The notes under the pieces are model-generated. The model saw only the letters and a program-made list of their open reading frames with translations. It did no database searches and was not told the origin of the DNA. Shown here piece after piece: positions 48,794 through 63,700 of a DNA stretch of 64,000 nucleotides. Within the stretch, counting starts at the first letter, position 1, and each line of letters starts with the position of its first letter. Location: the NCBI RefSeq assembly GCF_002105155.1, contig NW_019029011.1, positions 62,001 through 126,000 on the forward strand, in the 5' to 3' direction. Made by a program: the position numbers and the translations under genes. This DNA comes from Lobosporangium transversale. Lineage: Eukaryota.

Positions 48794-50751
48794 ATGCTGA
48801 GAGGTATTCGACTGCACCTCACCTGCACTACACATTGGAATCAAAATACAAGGCTTCCTGCACAGGTGATATTGTCTAGAACAACATCCAGCACGAACCA
48901 ACTAATCTCGCTCGCTCTACATGGGAACCGTCTAATATCGTCTTCATCTCTATCTTTACCACCTAACCGTTGTGTAATCCCCAGGGCTCTGAATTCTCGA
49001 GGGATCATCACCGGGACATACCCCTCCATACCTCTCAGCCCATATAATATCAGGCTACTTAAGCTTGAAAAGGATCCGCATGCATGTCTGCCCATTTTCG
49101 ATAAATGCAGAGAAATTCTCGAATCCAACCTGAAGCCTGATCTGACCACATATCGAGTTCTTCTCGAAGCACATGCACGCAACAAGGATCTGCAGAGCAT
49201 TTTGACCACTTTGGAAGAGATGGAGCTTGCTGGTTGCTCTCCTAATATTTCCTGCTTTAACATTGGTCTCAAGGTAAGGAATCAAACTCGAGATGATACT
49301 TAAGCAATATGAATGAACCTTGGGAGCCTTGTCTTATCATTTCTATGTAAATTTGTTGTCATAGGCCGCTGCGACACAGGGGGATACCGTAATTCTGGAA
49401 AAAATACGGGAAATGGTCGCGAAAGCAGGACTCAAACTGAACCTTAAATCGTTTGAGATAATTGTGCAGGGACTCTGTACTAATCAGGAGCTGGAGCATG
49501 CTCTAGACCTTTTGGGCGATATGACAGTGTCTGTTAATGAAGGCGGAGAGCCAGACGAGAATGGCAAGCCTGTGATTGATATCCGGCCATCATTACAATG
49601 CTACATATCAGTCATCCAGCTGGCACAGTCTCTTCACGAGTCTGAAACTGCTTATCTTGTGTTGAAAATGGCCGAAGTACAGGCTGGTCTTTCTAGAATT
49701 CCTGCAGTTGTCTACACAGATCTTTTGGCTAGGGCTGCTGAAGACTATGTGGTAAGCAGCATTTGCTTAGAATAATGTTGGAGCTGCTTATTTAGGTCAC
49801 AATACTATAGTATTGAAACTTTTTTTTACACAAATTTTATAGCTTCCTGCAGTAGAGCATTGCTGGAAGAAGGGTGTCAAGGAGATGGGAGCTACGCTTG
49901 ACGAAGGAACATGTATGTTGGTTCTCCATTGTGCAGGACATGAAAGAGCCCCACAATTGTCTGCAGAAGTTATTCAGCATATGGGAGAAGCCGGAATGGA
50001 ATTCAGGGAGTATCACTTTGCTCCTTTGCTTCAGTCTTTTTCACTTGCTAAGAAATTCAAGTCGGCATTCAACGTCTTGTCGATCATGAGAACATCGGGT
50101 ATGAAGCCGACTGTTTTGACTGCGACGAGCTTACTCAAAATCCTTGATGAGCCTGGAAACATTGACGAAGCATTCATCTGTATGCAGGAAATGCATCGAG
50201 AGGGCAAAGCTGTAGATGTCGTAGCCTTTAACGTATTGATTGAGGCCTGTGGTCGCATCAATGATTTGACTCGGGCCATGCAGATCTTTGAGGCAGCATC
50301 GGACTTGAAAGTTAACCCGGATACGGACACCTACAATGCATTACTAACTGGTTGTATAACTGATAGAAACATGAATGAGGGCAAGAATGTGGTTAAGATG
50401 ATGCAGAAAGCAGGCGTAGACCCCAATGTTGATACGTACCAGTCATTGATCACGTTATGCCTGACGCAGATCAACTACGAAGATGCATTCATGTATCTTG
50501 AGGAAATGAAGAGTCACAATGTGATCCCATCTGAAGCGATCTACACAAGTCTGGTGCGAAAGCTTGCGCGCGAGAACGATCCTCGCATTAAGTATGCGAT
50601 CGAAGAAATGGAGTCATTTGGATATGTAATTGGCCCCAATATGCGTGAATATATCGAAACAGGGGGACTAAGTAACTTGGAAGAGTCATTTCGCCGAAAA
50701 CAGATTCGATTAGCACAACGTCGACGTAGTGGCCACCGCCCACGTCCCTAA
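48794..50751 (+). CDS. Pentatricopeptide repeat (PPR) protein, probably mitochondrial; exons ~48794-49273, 49365-49751, 49843-50751
   Basis: PPR repeats KPDLTTYRVLLEAHA, VDVVAFNVLIEACG, NPDTDTYNALLTGC and DPNVDTYQSLITLC; Arg/Ser/Leu-rich N-terminus; alternative ATGs at 48770 and 48776. Confidence 0.9.
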
Positions 50752-51059
50752 CAGAATAAAGAAATAGCGAAATGAAAATGTCACAGTGGGGGGTGTGGTG
50801 TCACCATGGGCTCATGATCCAGCCATTGATGACTGTCATTTCCACACTACCTTAGTGGAGACGCACACCGCAGGAAGGCAAAGTTGCATGTCTGGACTGC
50901 AACTATTCAATGTGTCATCTCTCTTCTCATTCATTCCTTTCTCAATCTTTGCCTTCTCTTCTTGACTTGCTCACTTTCATTTTCGCATTTCTGTGCACTC
51001 TTCTTTCTTCCCTGTTTCGTGCACTCTTTTCTACCCACACTCTAGCCCTGCACTCGACA

Positions 51060-51243
51060 ACTCACTTTTTACTCTCTCTTTTCTCTCTCTTTTCTCTCTC
51101 TTTTCTCTCTCTTTTCTCTCTCTTTTCTTTTCTCTCTCTTTTCTCTCTCTTTTTACTCTCTTTTTACTCTCTTCCTCTCCCTCTCTTTCCCTTCCTCCCG
51201 CTCTCTCCCTCTCTCTATTTTCTTTTCCCCTCCTCTTCTCTCA
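51060..51243. repeat. Polypyrimidine (CT-rich) degenerate microsatellite upstream of ATG2
   Basis: Repeated TTTTCTCTCTC-type units are directly visible. Confidence 0.85.
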
Positions 51244-51316
51244 GTTAACTACTAATTTCTTGTAAAGAAAAAAACTGTTTTATTCTTAGGAGCAGGGCAG
51301 CAACACTATCATCACC

Positions 51317-54300
51317 ATGAAGGCCTGGGGCCTCGGCAGCTTCTTTTCGTCGTTGGCCATACCTGTAGGGCTTCAAAAGAAACTACTGAGCTTTTTGCTT
51401 CAACGAGCCATTGGTCACTTTTTGGAAGATGACCTGGATTTGGAAAAGCTTGATATTGAGCTCTCAAACGGCATTGTACACCTGACTGACTTAAAGCTCA
51501 GCACTAGGGTAAGATGAATTAACAAACATCCTACCGTGCAATGAAGGGAGATATCTATAGTCAGTAGCTGTAGCTCCAGTAAATAAGCGACGGACAATAC
51601 ATTCCTGCTACTTGTGAAGAGCGAGGATTCAATAACGCTGAACGAAAAACGCACCATATGGTTATCTTTACATTGCTATTCGAAATTTTTTTTACTCATT
51701 GCTGTAACGAAATGATAAAAAAAAGTGGGCGCAGTGCTCCTTTGTGCGATACCATTGTACAAATCTGGTGGCAACAAAAACACATGGACTGTGTGTGCAA
51801 TCATTCAATAAAAAAACTGTAGCAGGACAGTGCATTCGCATCTTACTGAAAGATAAGAGTCAAATAACTCGCTCTCAGGACAATAATCTCTGCTTGCATG
51901 GCACTGGAGGCGATCCACAGTCTTGGATGTGAACTTGACTTGGTTTTCTTGTAGCCTACTCGTGTTTATGGAGACCGCCAAATTCCTGTCTTTTCTTTTA
52001 CAATTTTTTTTTTTCTACCACCACTTCATTCTTCTTGGCGCTAATGCATCATCTTTTTTTTTGTCTTTGCCTTACGAACATGCATACGGTGTTGTGATGG
52101 ACTCGTGATCTTCGGATTGCGACTTTTGCTTTTACAAATACTAATAGGCACTGAATGGTTTTACTGCTGGGACTCCACTCGCAGTTACGCAGGGCCATAT
52201 TAGTTCCATCACCGCAACAATTCCTTGGCGTAACCTTTGGAATGGACAGTGTGTGCTTGAGATCGACGGGATCGATGTTACCCTCGTACCCGTGCAATGT
52301 GATCGTACAACCAGCACAGATAGTCAAGATGACCACATTTTGTCCTCTTCTATTGGACTAGCCAACGATTTCTTACAAGCAGTAGACAAAGAAGAGGTTG
52401 CAATTCAGGAAACGCTGTTACAGACATTTCAGAGTCATGTTACACAATCTACTCATTCGGGTATGCCAGGGGATTTTAATTCTAGGCCAACTACAAGACC
52501 TCCAACTTCCAATCAAGAATTCCCTAGTACATCAACCTCAATACCATCGTCTGCACTAGGCAGCGAAGATTCTGTCTCAGAGGGTGAGGGTATTCAATTC
52601 GTGGCGAAGCTTATCGAGAAACTGATGGCTAGGATCCAAATTATTTGCAAACGAACAACCATCCGTCTACGCCATAGCTCCAGTCTTCCTCTCACAAAGT
52701 CACATGCCCGCCGACCTCATGAGGAGAAGTTGCAGTATGAGCTGGAGATCCGACTACCCTATATTGGGTACCGTGATGAAACTCCAGGATGGGATCAATT
52801 AGCAACCAGTATGGATGCATCAAGCATTCGTTCCGAGTCCGTTTCAGGTTCTACTGTGCTTGAAGAATCCGTTATGCCTAGTGTCATTTGGCAGGAATCA
52901 CCAGAATCTTCGATCAAAACCATTGTTTTCAAGGGTTTCTCTGTTTGGATCAAGCAAAAAGGTGACAGCGGGAAACCGGTGGCACAATCGAGTCTTACTT
53001 CAGCGTCTGTATTAGATGATACCATATGTGAAGCTTTAGGTAGCCAGGATAACCAATCAGACTCGGACACAGATATCTTTTCAGATGCGCATGAGAATTT
53101 CTCACAATCCATGGTTGCATCACAGATCGCCCCGCGGCAGCCTATTTTCCGGTCAACATCATCAGCAACAAGCAACCAGCAAACTTCACAAGAGTGCTAT
53201 GCGGCGGAAATCCTCTCAACATTGCAACATAAAAATCGTATCAAAGTCAATATTAGGAAAAATGCTACAATGACCACAGGTTCCAGTCAGGCACAGGCTC
53301 AAACCACTACGAAGTCGCTCTTGGACATTGACTTTCACTTGCGTACCATGCTCATTGCACTTGCGCCAAATCAAATTGCCTTCATTCTGGAGATTCTAAC
53401 GCTAATTGATAATGCGTCAGGGGTAGAAGCTATTCAGTGTCAAAAGAAACCCCCAAACATAGGACGTACTGTTGATACCAATATCAATAACAGAAGCAGG
53501 CAAGACATAAGTACACACAGGACTAACTATAGTGGTGTGACAGCGGCTGAAGGGGAACGAAGTCTTCAGGAACCTCGGTCAGACTCAATCGCGGAGCACA
53601 GTTCACCCATATATTCTCATTCATCGCTCTCTCCCAATCGACAGCACCCTACGGACCCCATCAGAACATCTCAACTGAAAACGGAAGCTCGGCACTATGA
53701 TTTTGATAAGTCTCTAGAAACAATGGACTCGAAAACTGTTACGCCACTGTCTGTTGCTTCATTAGAATCGCCCAGGTTTTTAAGCGGGCCTTCATACACA
53801 GACGCCCGACCTACAGCCTCAACTTCTTCCAGCGCAGTGCCTAGTATCGAATCCTCTCAAACTATCAAGTTGAAGGCCCGCATTAGCATACTTCAATTAT
53901 TTGTTCTTTACGATGATCCGGAATCGCAGCACCATATCCCTACGGAGATGAGTTTTTATAAGAATCCTACACCAGAGGCATTAAGGGCAGACCATTCCAA
54001 ATTTGAAGTGGACAGCATGGTCCTTCGATACCAGCAATGGGTATCTCCAGATGCATGCTCTGGGCAAAAACCTACAAAATCAACTAAGGGTCAGATTGAC
54101 TTCACACTCAATAATTTCACAGTCGCTGAGTGGATTCAAGCTGCACCAAGACCATATGACTTATCGGCCTGGAGCCCAACATCAGATGATTACCGGATTC
54201 CGCCTCGGCGGCAATATATACCCATCATTGAGTTTGATACTGATCAGGATACGCTTCTTCAAGCATCACCAACATCAAAATTCCCAACACTTCATATCCC

Positions 54301-57300
54301 TGATCGCTACCTGAATGAACGCACGCTTCTATTGCGAGCCAAGAAAAACAAGCGACAACCTGAACTGGCGAGGTCAACCTTGATTCCTGATGTAGAGCCC
54401 AATGTTTCGGAAAAAGAGACATCTGGAGGCACTACAAAGGAAGTGGTCCGTATGCGCGTGCTATTGAATCCTAAAAAAGATAGCTCTAAATCAAGCATGC
54501 CTTCTCCAGACGCAGCAACAGCGATGTCCCCTGGTGGCTTTACTCGAGAGGTCACTATCGAAGTCAAGCCAGTACAAGTACATATTGATTTGTTCACTCT
54601 TCAGCGACTTGAGAAATGCTTGCTTGCTATCATAGGCCCAGGCCAGACTGCTCAAGCTGGTTTAGAGAACCAAGTTAATGGATCAAGCCTTAAGCCACAA
54701 CGAGCGATGGAGCAACAAATCATAGATGATCTTGATGCCAATCAAAAAAATACCAAGGTAATGCTATTGACAACAATCGGTCATCGTCAAATATACGCAT
54801 ACCAATGATGTTTAGTACATGAAGCCAGCTATATGTTAACATTCAGACCATTACCATAGACTAAAACCAGGCTTCGTCTGCGCCTGAATTCGGTTCAATT
54901 GTGGGTCTCTGTGCCAGATATTGGTGAAGTGCTAGAAGGGAAGGAGGAGACAGGCCCTGAGTATCGATCTCATTACGATATGCTATCTATCAACGTTATG
55001 AAGCTAGTCCTCACGCAAGCATCCGATGGAACGAGGGGGTCGGAAGCGATCGAATTCGGGCCTGGAAGTTCTCCGGAATCATATGCGCCCAAGACTAAAA
55101 TTGACTTTGTTAACTCATCGGTGTTTATCATCCCTAAATTTCGTAAGGAGCATAGTCTATGCGTTTTCTTTAGGTTATTAGCAGCTATTTAAAAGCTGCT
55201 ATTTCAAGCGGACACTGATTCTCTCTCTTTTTTTTTTTTTTTTTTTTTTCATTTCTCTTAGAAACAACTTCAAGAGCGGTAGTGTATATTGGCTCTTTAA
55301 CTAGTCATCCTACCTCCTATTCAGGGCTCAACAATTCCCCACTGCCAAATATAGAAATTACAACTCGATCACCTGGGGCCTTACCATTACATTATGAACG
55401 ACCAATTTTGTCTGGTTATCCTCAGAACCTAAATCTACGAGCGTTTACAGTACTGGAAGATGAGGAAAATATTCACAACACTACAGATGAGGAAGTGGAG
55501 CTTCTTCAGCTCAAGCAGCGCACGATTGAGACGTCTGTATGTTTGAGTCATCAAAATGAAATAGAGTCTAAAGCAGATTGGACTGTTGCGAACAATAACT
55601 AATTTTCTCGGTTATATTGATACTTGATAGCTCCTGGTAATAAACACTCAACTTCCACTGGTCGCCGTCCACTTGCACAAAGCAGATTTGGATAACCTCC
55701 AGATGCGTTTAAATGATCTGAGCACCTGGTTGACAATATTTTCAGAAAGACTTGTAGCAAAAATGCCATCGCTGTCAACACCACCCTCCAGACTGGACCA
55801 AACAAATGCCCAAGATGGGTTTGTGCGGCCACAGCATGAGTCATTGGACATTGGAAATGATGGGCATAACAACTTTCATGAAACCTACAATAACGATTGG
55901 AGGAGCAGCCACGAGGACCCTTTTCGGGACGACCAAAGTGAACATGGGACAGATAGGTCCACTGCCTATGGCGAGGAACTTCGAAACCAAGCAAGGGATA
56001 ATCCATTCACCTCTTCAACAGACCGTAACTCCCATTATTACCAATATCAACCAAGTCTTGTTAAACCGACTATGGCATCAGCTCTGATATATGTTCAAAC
56101 AGGTACGATGAAGCTCACCTTTCAACGTATCGTGCAGTAGAATACTACTACTCAGTTATATTTTGAACTCATTTCCTTATTTAATCTTCTTTGATAGTTG
56201 AGGTTATTTTGGACTACCCTACAAAGGCAACGATCTTTGGAGATGATGGCATCAAGTCATACCAGATCAATATCGGTGACACAAAAGTCTTCGCCGCAGC
56301 GAAATATCAAGGCGGCAATGAGAATTATCTTTACGTTGATGCTGAAGAACTGGAGGTTTATGAAGTCACTGCTCAAAAACCCAAAGTACTTTTATTGGCA
56401 AGAACCATTCCGAAAAATATTAAGGTAATTCTCCTTTTTAATTTGGTTTCTCTTTGAACTACATACATTATAGCATACACATTCCATCGGAGAACATTCA
56501 TTAATTGTATTAAGTCCTTTATTACCTTTTTACAGCTAAAGTTGCCGAAACCAATGCTCCATTTGACAAGCATATTGTCATTTGACCCAGAGATAAAATT
56601 CAAGGCAAACGATATCAATCTTGCATTTACTGGCATTTCATGGAAATTTTCGATTGAACAGACAGCTGTTGACGATATACAAGATTTCTTTGCTGAGCCG
56701 GAGAATATTATATATTATAACCCACCCCAGCAGCGCACTCGAATTGCGGTTAGTTTATCTGAGTGCTGCATGGATTATAAGCCCCTTCATATACCCTCGC
56801 GCTTCGTTCTTTCGTTTGAAAAGATGAAGGTATGATTCAATCAAGCATTTAACCTGAATATTATAAACGTAAACGCATTAAATGCATACAGTAACATCGA
56901 CAAAAAAATGGTTTAGGTCTTTTCCACATTGGTTCCAGAATCACCAACTCTCAAGTCCAAGGTTCAAATCTATAACATGGCTTTGTTACTGATTGACCAT
57001 ATTCAAAGCATTCGGACCCCACATTTCCCTGTTATAGGCTCCTCAAGTCCTGGAATTGATTCTAAACATTATTGGCGTCTACTCGGCTTTGCATTGGTTG
57101 GACAGTGTCCATTCTTTGAACTGAAGTCAATCAAGAGCAAGAACGGTCAGCTCCCATTGTACGACCTTGTGATCACAAATAATATCTTTTACCTGGAGAC
57201 TTGTTCAGATTCATTTGATACGCTAATGAAGCTGGCAGCTTATATGGGTGATAACGGTGATATGCCGATTGAGAAAAAGAAAATTCTGGAGCGACTCGCG

Positions 57301-60255
57301 GAGGCAGAACGAGCCGCCAATCGTGCGAAATCCAATGTAGTCTACCAAGATGTTTTAGGTACAGTTGATACAATCTACGTATAGCTTTAGATATATGTTG
57401 CTCCATGAAAACTTTGCACTAAGGCTATTTCTGCCTTAACATGAATAGCAAGTCTGGATGAGGACGCATTTCGAAAACCTGGTACCGATCCAGAAGTGGG
57501 AAATGCTGGAACGTTGGACTTCACTGAGGGTTTCTTCTCTGTGGAACAAGATGATTCCGATAGCGATCTTTTCAAAGCTCAGATGCGTGATACTCCTAAT
57601 GTGGACGGATTTCATGAAGTGTATGCCGATTTACTTGGAGACATGTCTATAGATAATGGAATATGCGAAGAAGCAAGTACTAGATCTCTTGGTAAACAGG
57701 CTGAGAAGGGGAACAGTTCGAAATCCAAGCACAGATCCCTTTCATCCGCAGTCCATGAAGCTGACTTACAGACAGGAAACCAAACACAAGACTTCGGGAT
57801 ATCAACACAGACTAATAAAAGGATCAGCCAGGAAAAAGTCAGACGAAGCGAGTCTACTCGGCCAAGCGGTCATATGCGCATGGAAAGCGAGGCTGATGGC
57901 AAAGTTATTATACTTGATTCTGAATATGAACTTACGCTTGTTGAAGATCACTTCTTCATCCCTATTCTGACAGAAGAGGAGAAAGCCAGAGAAGAAAAGT
58001 ATTGGAAGAATAAGTGATATAAAAAAAAAAAAAAAAAAAAAGGATCGGCTACAATGGTTTGCAACAGAATACTGGTAGTTGCTTACAATTTTTTTTTTTT
58101 TTTTTTTTTTTACATTGCATTAGATCCCAAGCCAAACTGCGTTTGCGCATACGAGATTTTAATTTCTCGTGGCGTTTGTACGATGGTCTGGATTGGGAAA
58201 TTTCCAGATTGGACGAAGCAGAACGAAAGAAACAAGCTAGACAGTTTACTAATAGATTCTATGACACTAACGACCCCGCTCATACTGCTGTTGATACCCC
58301 GCAGTCTAACCTGGATGCCAGTATCTTTGAACGCATCTCAGGCGTGCAAGCCAGCTCATCAGACCGCTTCGGTGGACAATATCGAAAGGAGATGTCACAA
58401 TCTTCCTCTGAAGCTGATTCAAATAGTGATTACCAGAATGATTTAATGAGCCAAGTCAGTGGCATGGGAACTCGCTCTTCTTCTAAGTCCTCTATTTCTG
58501 GCAACAGAAGATCTACATCTCAACATCATCATTACCAACACTCAAATGGAAGCAGCACTGCGCATCACGAGAGTGGTAAGCGTAAGAAGAGCCAGCAATT
58601 GGAGAGATCCAAAACTGCCATGATTGAATTTAATGCAGATAAGGTGCGACTTGACTTCGAGGATTATATACAAGGTATTCCTACAGCCTCACATCTCTCT
58701 CTAAGAGTTAAACAATTTGAAATCATTGATAATCTCAAGACTTCTCTCTGGCACAAGTTTCTGTCGCTTCAGCGCCCTGATTCTCATACAGCTACACCAC
58801 GTTTGACACAATCGAGCATGATCCGGATCGATTTGGATGGCGTTCGGCCTGTGGTGAACGCATCCACGGTAGAACAGAGGCTCAATGTAAGGATTTTGCC
58901 TCTTAGACTTTATGTTGACCAGGATGCTCTCATATTCTTGATCAAATTCTTTGTCCAAAGCAGCAGCTTTGGAGGAAATGGCCCCATTTATTCGAATGAC
59001 CCATCGCTCGAAGGCATAGCTACTACTCCTGAGACTTTGGAGAAAAAGAAGCCAAATGAGATGTATTTCCGTAAGCAATACTTTTTTTTTTTTTTTTTTT
59101 TTTTTATTCCACCTGATAGTCCTTTTCTTCTAACGTAAGCTTTGTAATGCTGTACTTCTGGTAGAATCGGTCAAAGTTGGAGAAATTTCCGTTAAGGTCG
59201 ACTACAAACCAAAACATGTTGACTACACTGGCTTAACAGGAGGTAACTTTGTAGAGCTCATGAATTTCTTCCACCTTGACGCCGCCGAGATGACACTACA
59301 GGCAGTTAGACTTCATGGGGTCAATGGGATCGTTAAATTGGGTCAAGATCTTATTGCGGCATGGTTGCCTCATATCCGATCCACACAAGTGCCACACATG
59401 GTGTCTGGCCTCACGCCTATCCGGTCTCTTGTCAATTTGGGTTCAGGTATTGCAGATCTAGTGTTGCTGCCCATTGAACAGTATAAACGTGATGGACATA
59501 TCATCCGTGGTTTGCAGCGAGGAGGTCAAGCATTTACTAGAGCAACAACACTGGAAGCGCTCAAGATTGGTACCAAATTAGCGGTCGGGACACAAGTACT
59601 TCTGGAGCATGCAGATGAAATTTTTGGGTCTGTGAATGCTACTGGCCCTACCAACTCCAGTGCCATGGCAGTAGCAGCAGCGAGTTCAGACAGAGACCGA
59701 CATTATCATCACCAACATTATTCTCGCAATGAAAACAACATTGACTCAGATATCTTTGGTGGAAAACGAGTCGTGGCTACGATGGTATCTGACTCTGAGG
59801 CATACATGGAAGAGTCCATTGATAATGAAGATATGCTGCTGCAACATCTTCGTTACCAACAACAGCAACAGCTACTTCAGCAGCAGGATGCTGGCCAAGG
59901 CACTTCCTCCTCATCTTCATCTACATCAACGATTGGTGCTCAGAGCAAATCTAACAAGGTTAGCAAATATGCTAATCAACCTGCGGACATCAACGAAGGC
60001 ATGGAGCTGGCGTATAAAGCCTTGAGCAAGAACATTGGCACGGCAGCACATACGATCTTTGCAGTTCCCATGGAGGTCTATGAGAAGACGGGGGCGCAAG
60101 GATCTGTTCGGGCTGTTATCCGTGCGGTGCCTGTTGCAGTTCTCAAACCGATGATTGGAGCGACTGAAGCATTTTCAAAGGTCTTGATTGGATTGAGGAA
60201 CAGTATCGATCCTGCACAGCGGGTACAGATGGAGGACAAGTACAAGAAGCAGTAG
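51317..60255 (+). CDS. ATG2: Autophagy-related protein 2 (lipid-transfer protein), multi-exon
   Basis: Chorein_N-type start LQKKLLSFLLQRAIGHFL...IPWRNLW; LETCSDSF (CAD-like motif); WRLYDGLDW; LPLRLYVDQDALIFL; VDYKPKHVD; C-terminal SKYANQPADI...AVIRAVPVAVLKPMIGATEA...GLRNSIDP...EDKYK. Confidence 0.96.
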
Positions 60256-60757
60256 TTTAAACAAAGTTTTAAGAAAGCAAGATATTTCTCCATGGAAGCA
60301 CATTCTCATTATATACTATCGGATACATCTACATGCATGTCGTATATATTTACTTGTACTTTTAATCTAAGATGGTGTCTGTACGACTAGGTGTTCAGCA
60401 TGCCATGAAAAGTGGCAATGCCAAATGTTTTAATTGCATACATTGTCACTCTTAGGAAGTGTCTGGGCACTGGACCATGCCTCAAGAACTGGTTTTTCAG
60501 GCCAGACTGAGGTGACGATCACCATGCAATTTGAAATCCTTTAAAACGTTTGTGAGACGTAAGGAAAAATTTTCAGAACCGAGAGTGTGTGAATTATTTA
60601 TACCTTTGAATTTGGGACTGGTCACTTCTATTCTGGATACAATTTGGTACAATTTTATGATGTAAATTTTAAACAAAATTTGGAACAATTGAGCAGTCCC
60701 TTAACTATTTTACATATTATGTATGGTTGTTTAAAGATCTTTAGCCTCTTGCGTTCC

Positions 60758-63700
60758 TCACGTCCCCCCTTCCCCCTCTTCTTTACTACTTGTTGCAGTT
60801 GTGGCTTTGTCTACAGCTACATTAGACTGAAGATCCATAATAGTCCTTCGTCGAAGTCCACTGGGTGAACGCATCAGGGTCTTGAGTCTTTGTGATGCTG
60901 ACTGTGTAAAGTTATGTAGGATCGAGACTGATTTTCGGCGGTCCTGTACATTATTATTGGAAGGAGATAATGATGGTTGAGTCTGGTATTGGTTTTGGTT
61001 ATGGTATCGTAATGATTGTGGGTCATGGTAGTTACGGCCTTCAGCCACTTTAGGATCCATAATAACTCTTTCTTTGGTAGGCGAATTCTTATCAACACAG
61101 CCATTTGAACAGTAGAAATCATTTTCATTGCTAAGACCCACCAGCGTCGATGTTTGTAAGGAATCCTCTGGTGAAAGACAATTAGCCGTCGAGAAGGAGG
61201 GTGCCAAGATTGGCTGTGGAGATATTGGTCGGTCGAATACCTTAGCGTCATCACTACTCCGATTATAGGAGCTATAATGATTCATTTCCGAATCAGCGAA
61301 GCAGTGGCAGCCACTGCTGCTTGAATCTATTCGACAGTATTGGTTTTGTTGATCAACAATAGCAGTACCGTGAGTAATGGGTGACTGCGGATTAGAAACC
61401 AAGAGTGAGGATGCTGAACAGCAAGTAGAAGCTTCAGTGGATTGTGAGCCATTCGTATATGACCGCCTCAATAAAGCCCTGGTGCCTGTGATCTTCCCTG
61501 AACACTCCTGATGAACAAGATCTGGAGCATTTTGTCTGGTGTGTGCGTAGGACTTCCTCCTTGAAGGATTTAGAGGAGATGCAAAAAGATTGTCATCCCC
61601 CTGATATGAACCGCTGTTGCTCGAGCTGCCACTATGCGCCCTACTTCTTCGCCTTCCACTAGCGTGTGCAAGCTTCGGTATCATACGCCCCATTGCATTC
61701 CAAATCTTGTCAACATTATCTCTTGATGTCTCTAGAGCACTCAGGGTGGGGGTCAATTGAGGAAAAGATGGTTGTGATGTGGACAGACTGTGAGTGCCCG
61801 AATTGAGTGAGCGCTGTGTAGTTTGGAAAGAATCAGAGGATGATGTTGGATTTGAGACAGGCCCCAATCCACATATATTTGAACCGATGGCATCCCCTGT
61901 CACGAATGCTGTTGCTGTTGCATTTCTCGTGCCTCTCTCATAATTCCCGCGGCGTGATCTTGCAGCCTCTGCAGCACTATTTAGCGTGTACATTAGAATA
62001 TCTTTACAGGTATCATAATCCTGAGATGAGCTATCCTCATACACGCGAGAATCCGAACTCTCGATATTTAGTTGATCATGATTATCTATGCCAAACTCGT
62101 ATGGCGGACATGGCCAAACGCCGTTAGGACTAGATGACGTCCTGTCCTCGAATAATTGAGCCCTTTCCTTCATAACCAAGTGCCCATTGCTACCTTGCTT
62201 TGTGGCCGTTTCATGGGCAGACAAGCAATGTTGCTGTTTTTGTTGTTGAGAAAGCTGTGAATCAGAGTTTTTGCGAAAGGTTAATGATAGGGCCCCTACA
62301 ATTGCTGTAGTGGCAGAACTGCGGCGCTGATTCCATTCTAAAGTTTCCATTGAAACATTTCCTAGTTATTAATTCGTAAATCCTCTCGCTCGCCTTGAAT
62401 GATAAAAAACAAAAATGGAAATAAAACTAACCAGCCTTTTCCTGATGACCACTTATAACACTGGTTAATGGCCGCCTGCTGGTTCCAGAGCCATGCCTAC
62501 GTAAGATCCGATTTGTCAAGGAAGGATATGGAAGAGATCCGGCAGAGCCTGTGTCTTTTTCACTTTGGTCCTGGATCACTGTACTGTGGTGACAATTATT
62601 AACTCTGTTACTATTGTTTGGAGAAGGAGAGACATCGAAAGGCTGTCCAAGCGACGATGAACTCGAGTCATCGCTATAGCTGCAGCATGAGAACGATGTG
62701 GATGTCGTTGGTTGCAACGAAAACTGCATTGCAGTATCAGCAGCGGAGACGACAGCATTAGTGGTGGCAATAGTAGTAGCAGAAGGATGGGGAGGAGTAG
62801 ATAACGTAGTAGGTGTCGTCCAAATATTCTTTGTCGAGACGTCTTTAAACATATTTTGGATCAGTGTGCGCTGATTGGTTTTGATGCCGTTGCTACTGGA
62901 TGATGCAAATACGCGAACGGCATCAAACGAATGGACTCTTTGGCGGCTCTCTGGTATGAGCCAAGGAATAGGCGTTGACGGGTAGAGTAGATGCGGTGGC
63001 GTTACAGTCCTTGAAAGATCCTGTGCTTGTCGTGACTTATAGACAGGACCGAGTTGAACATCATGGCCCTGCTCATTAATATCACTTTCCCAGCCAGCAG
63101 TAATATCGCCAATCCGCGCGCCATCGTGGCATTCAGATTGATATTGCTTCATGTTATTCAAATGTTCCATCGGAATAGAACCGCAATGTTGCTCGCTTGT
63201 GGGTTTTGGCTGCAGGTATTGATTATCATGGTAAATGATCCCATCCAGTGTGTGAATGGACTGCCGTGTATTCAATGTTTCAGACTCGGCGGCTATCGCC
63301 GAAGACATGACCATTACCATAGCATTGGAGGATGCAGAAGGCGGCGGAGGCATAAGTGGTGATGGGATAGCTGTCGAGCCCGAAGACCATGGCGATGGTG
63401 ATGGTGAAGGAGAACGTTGGCGTGCTAAAACATGGCGCGCAGAGCTACAGCCTAGAGTTTGAGCGTTGCTCAGTTTCCAGGGAAGCGAGGAGACGACCGT
63501 CTCAAACGCTGCGATCTCCCTTGGTAGCTTTGCGTAGGCATCCTTAGAAGCTTGAATACGTTCCCGGAGAGTATTCACCCAGGTATCCCGCTCTCTCGCA
63601 TTGCTAGCTCCGAAGTCAATCCGATAATGATCAAACACGATTTTCCACCCAAAGCGTGTGTATCCTAACAATCATCAAGGTGGCGCGACGGTTATTTTTT

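Noticed and set aside
50822..50870. SECIS element (ATGA followed by a stem)
   Set aside because: No matching 3' GA quartet or apical AA, and the upstream gene has no in-frame TGA.
50910..51265. Leu/Ser/Phe-rich ORFs of 112 and 90 aa
   Set aside because: Translations of the CT microsatellite upstream of ATG2.
51509..52148. Embedded ncRNA or gene in the ~640-nt ATG2 intron 1
   Set aside because: Long for this window, but no recognisable motif, structure or coding signal.
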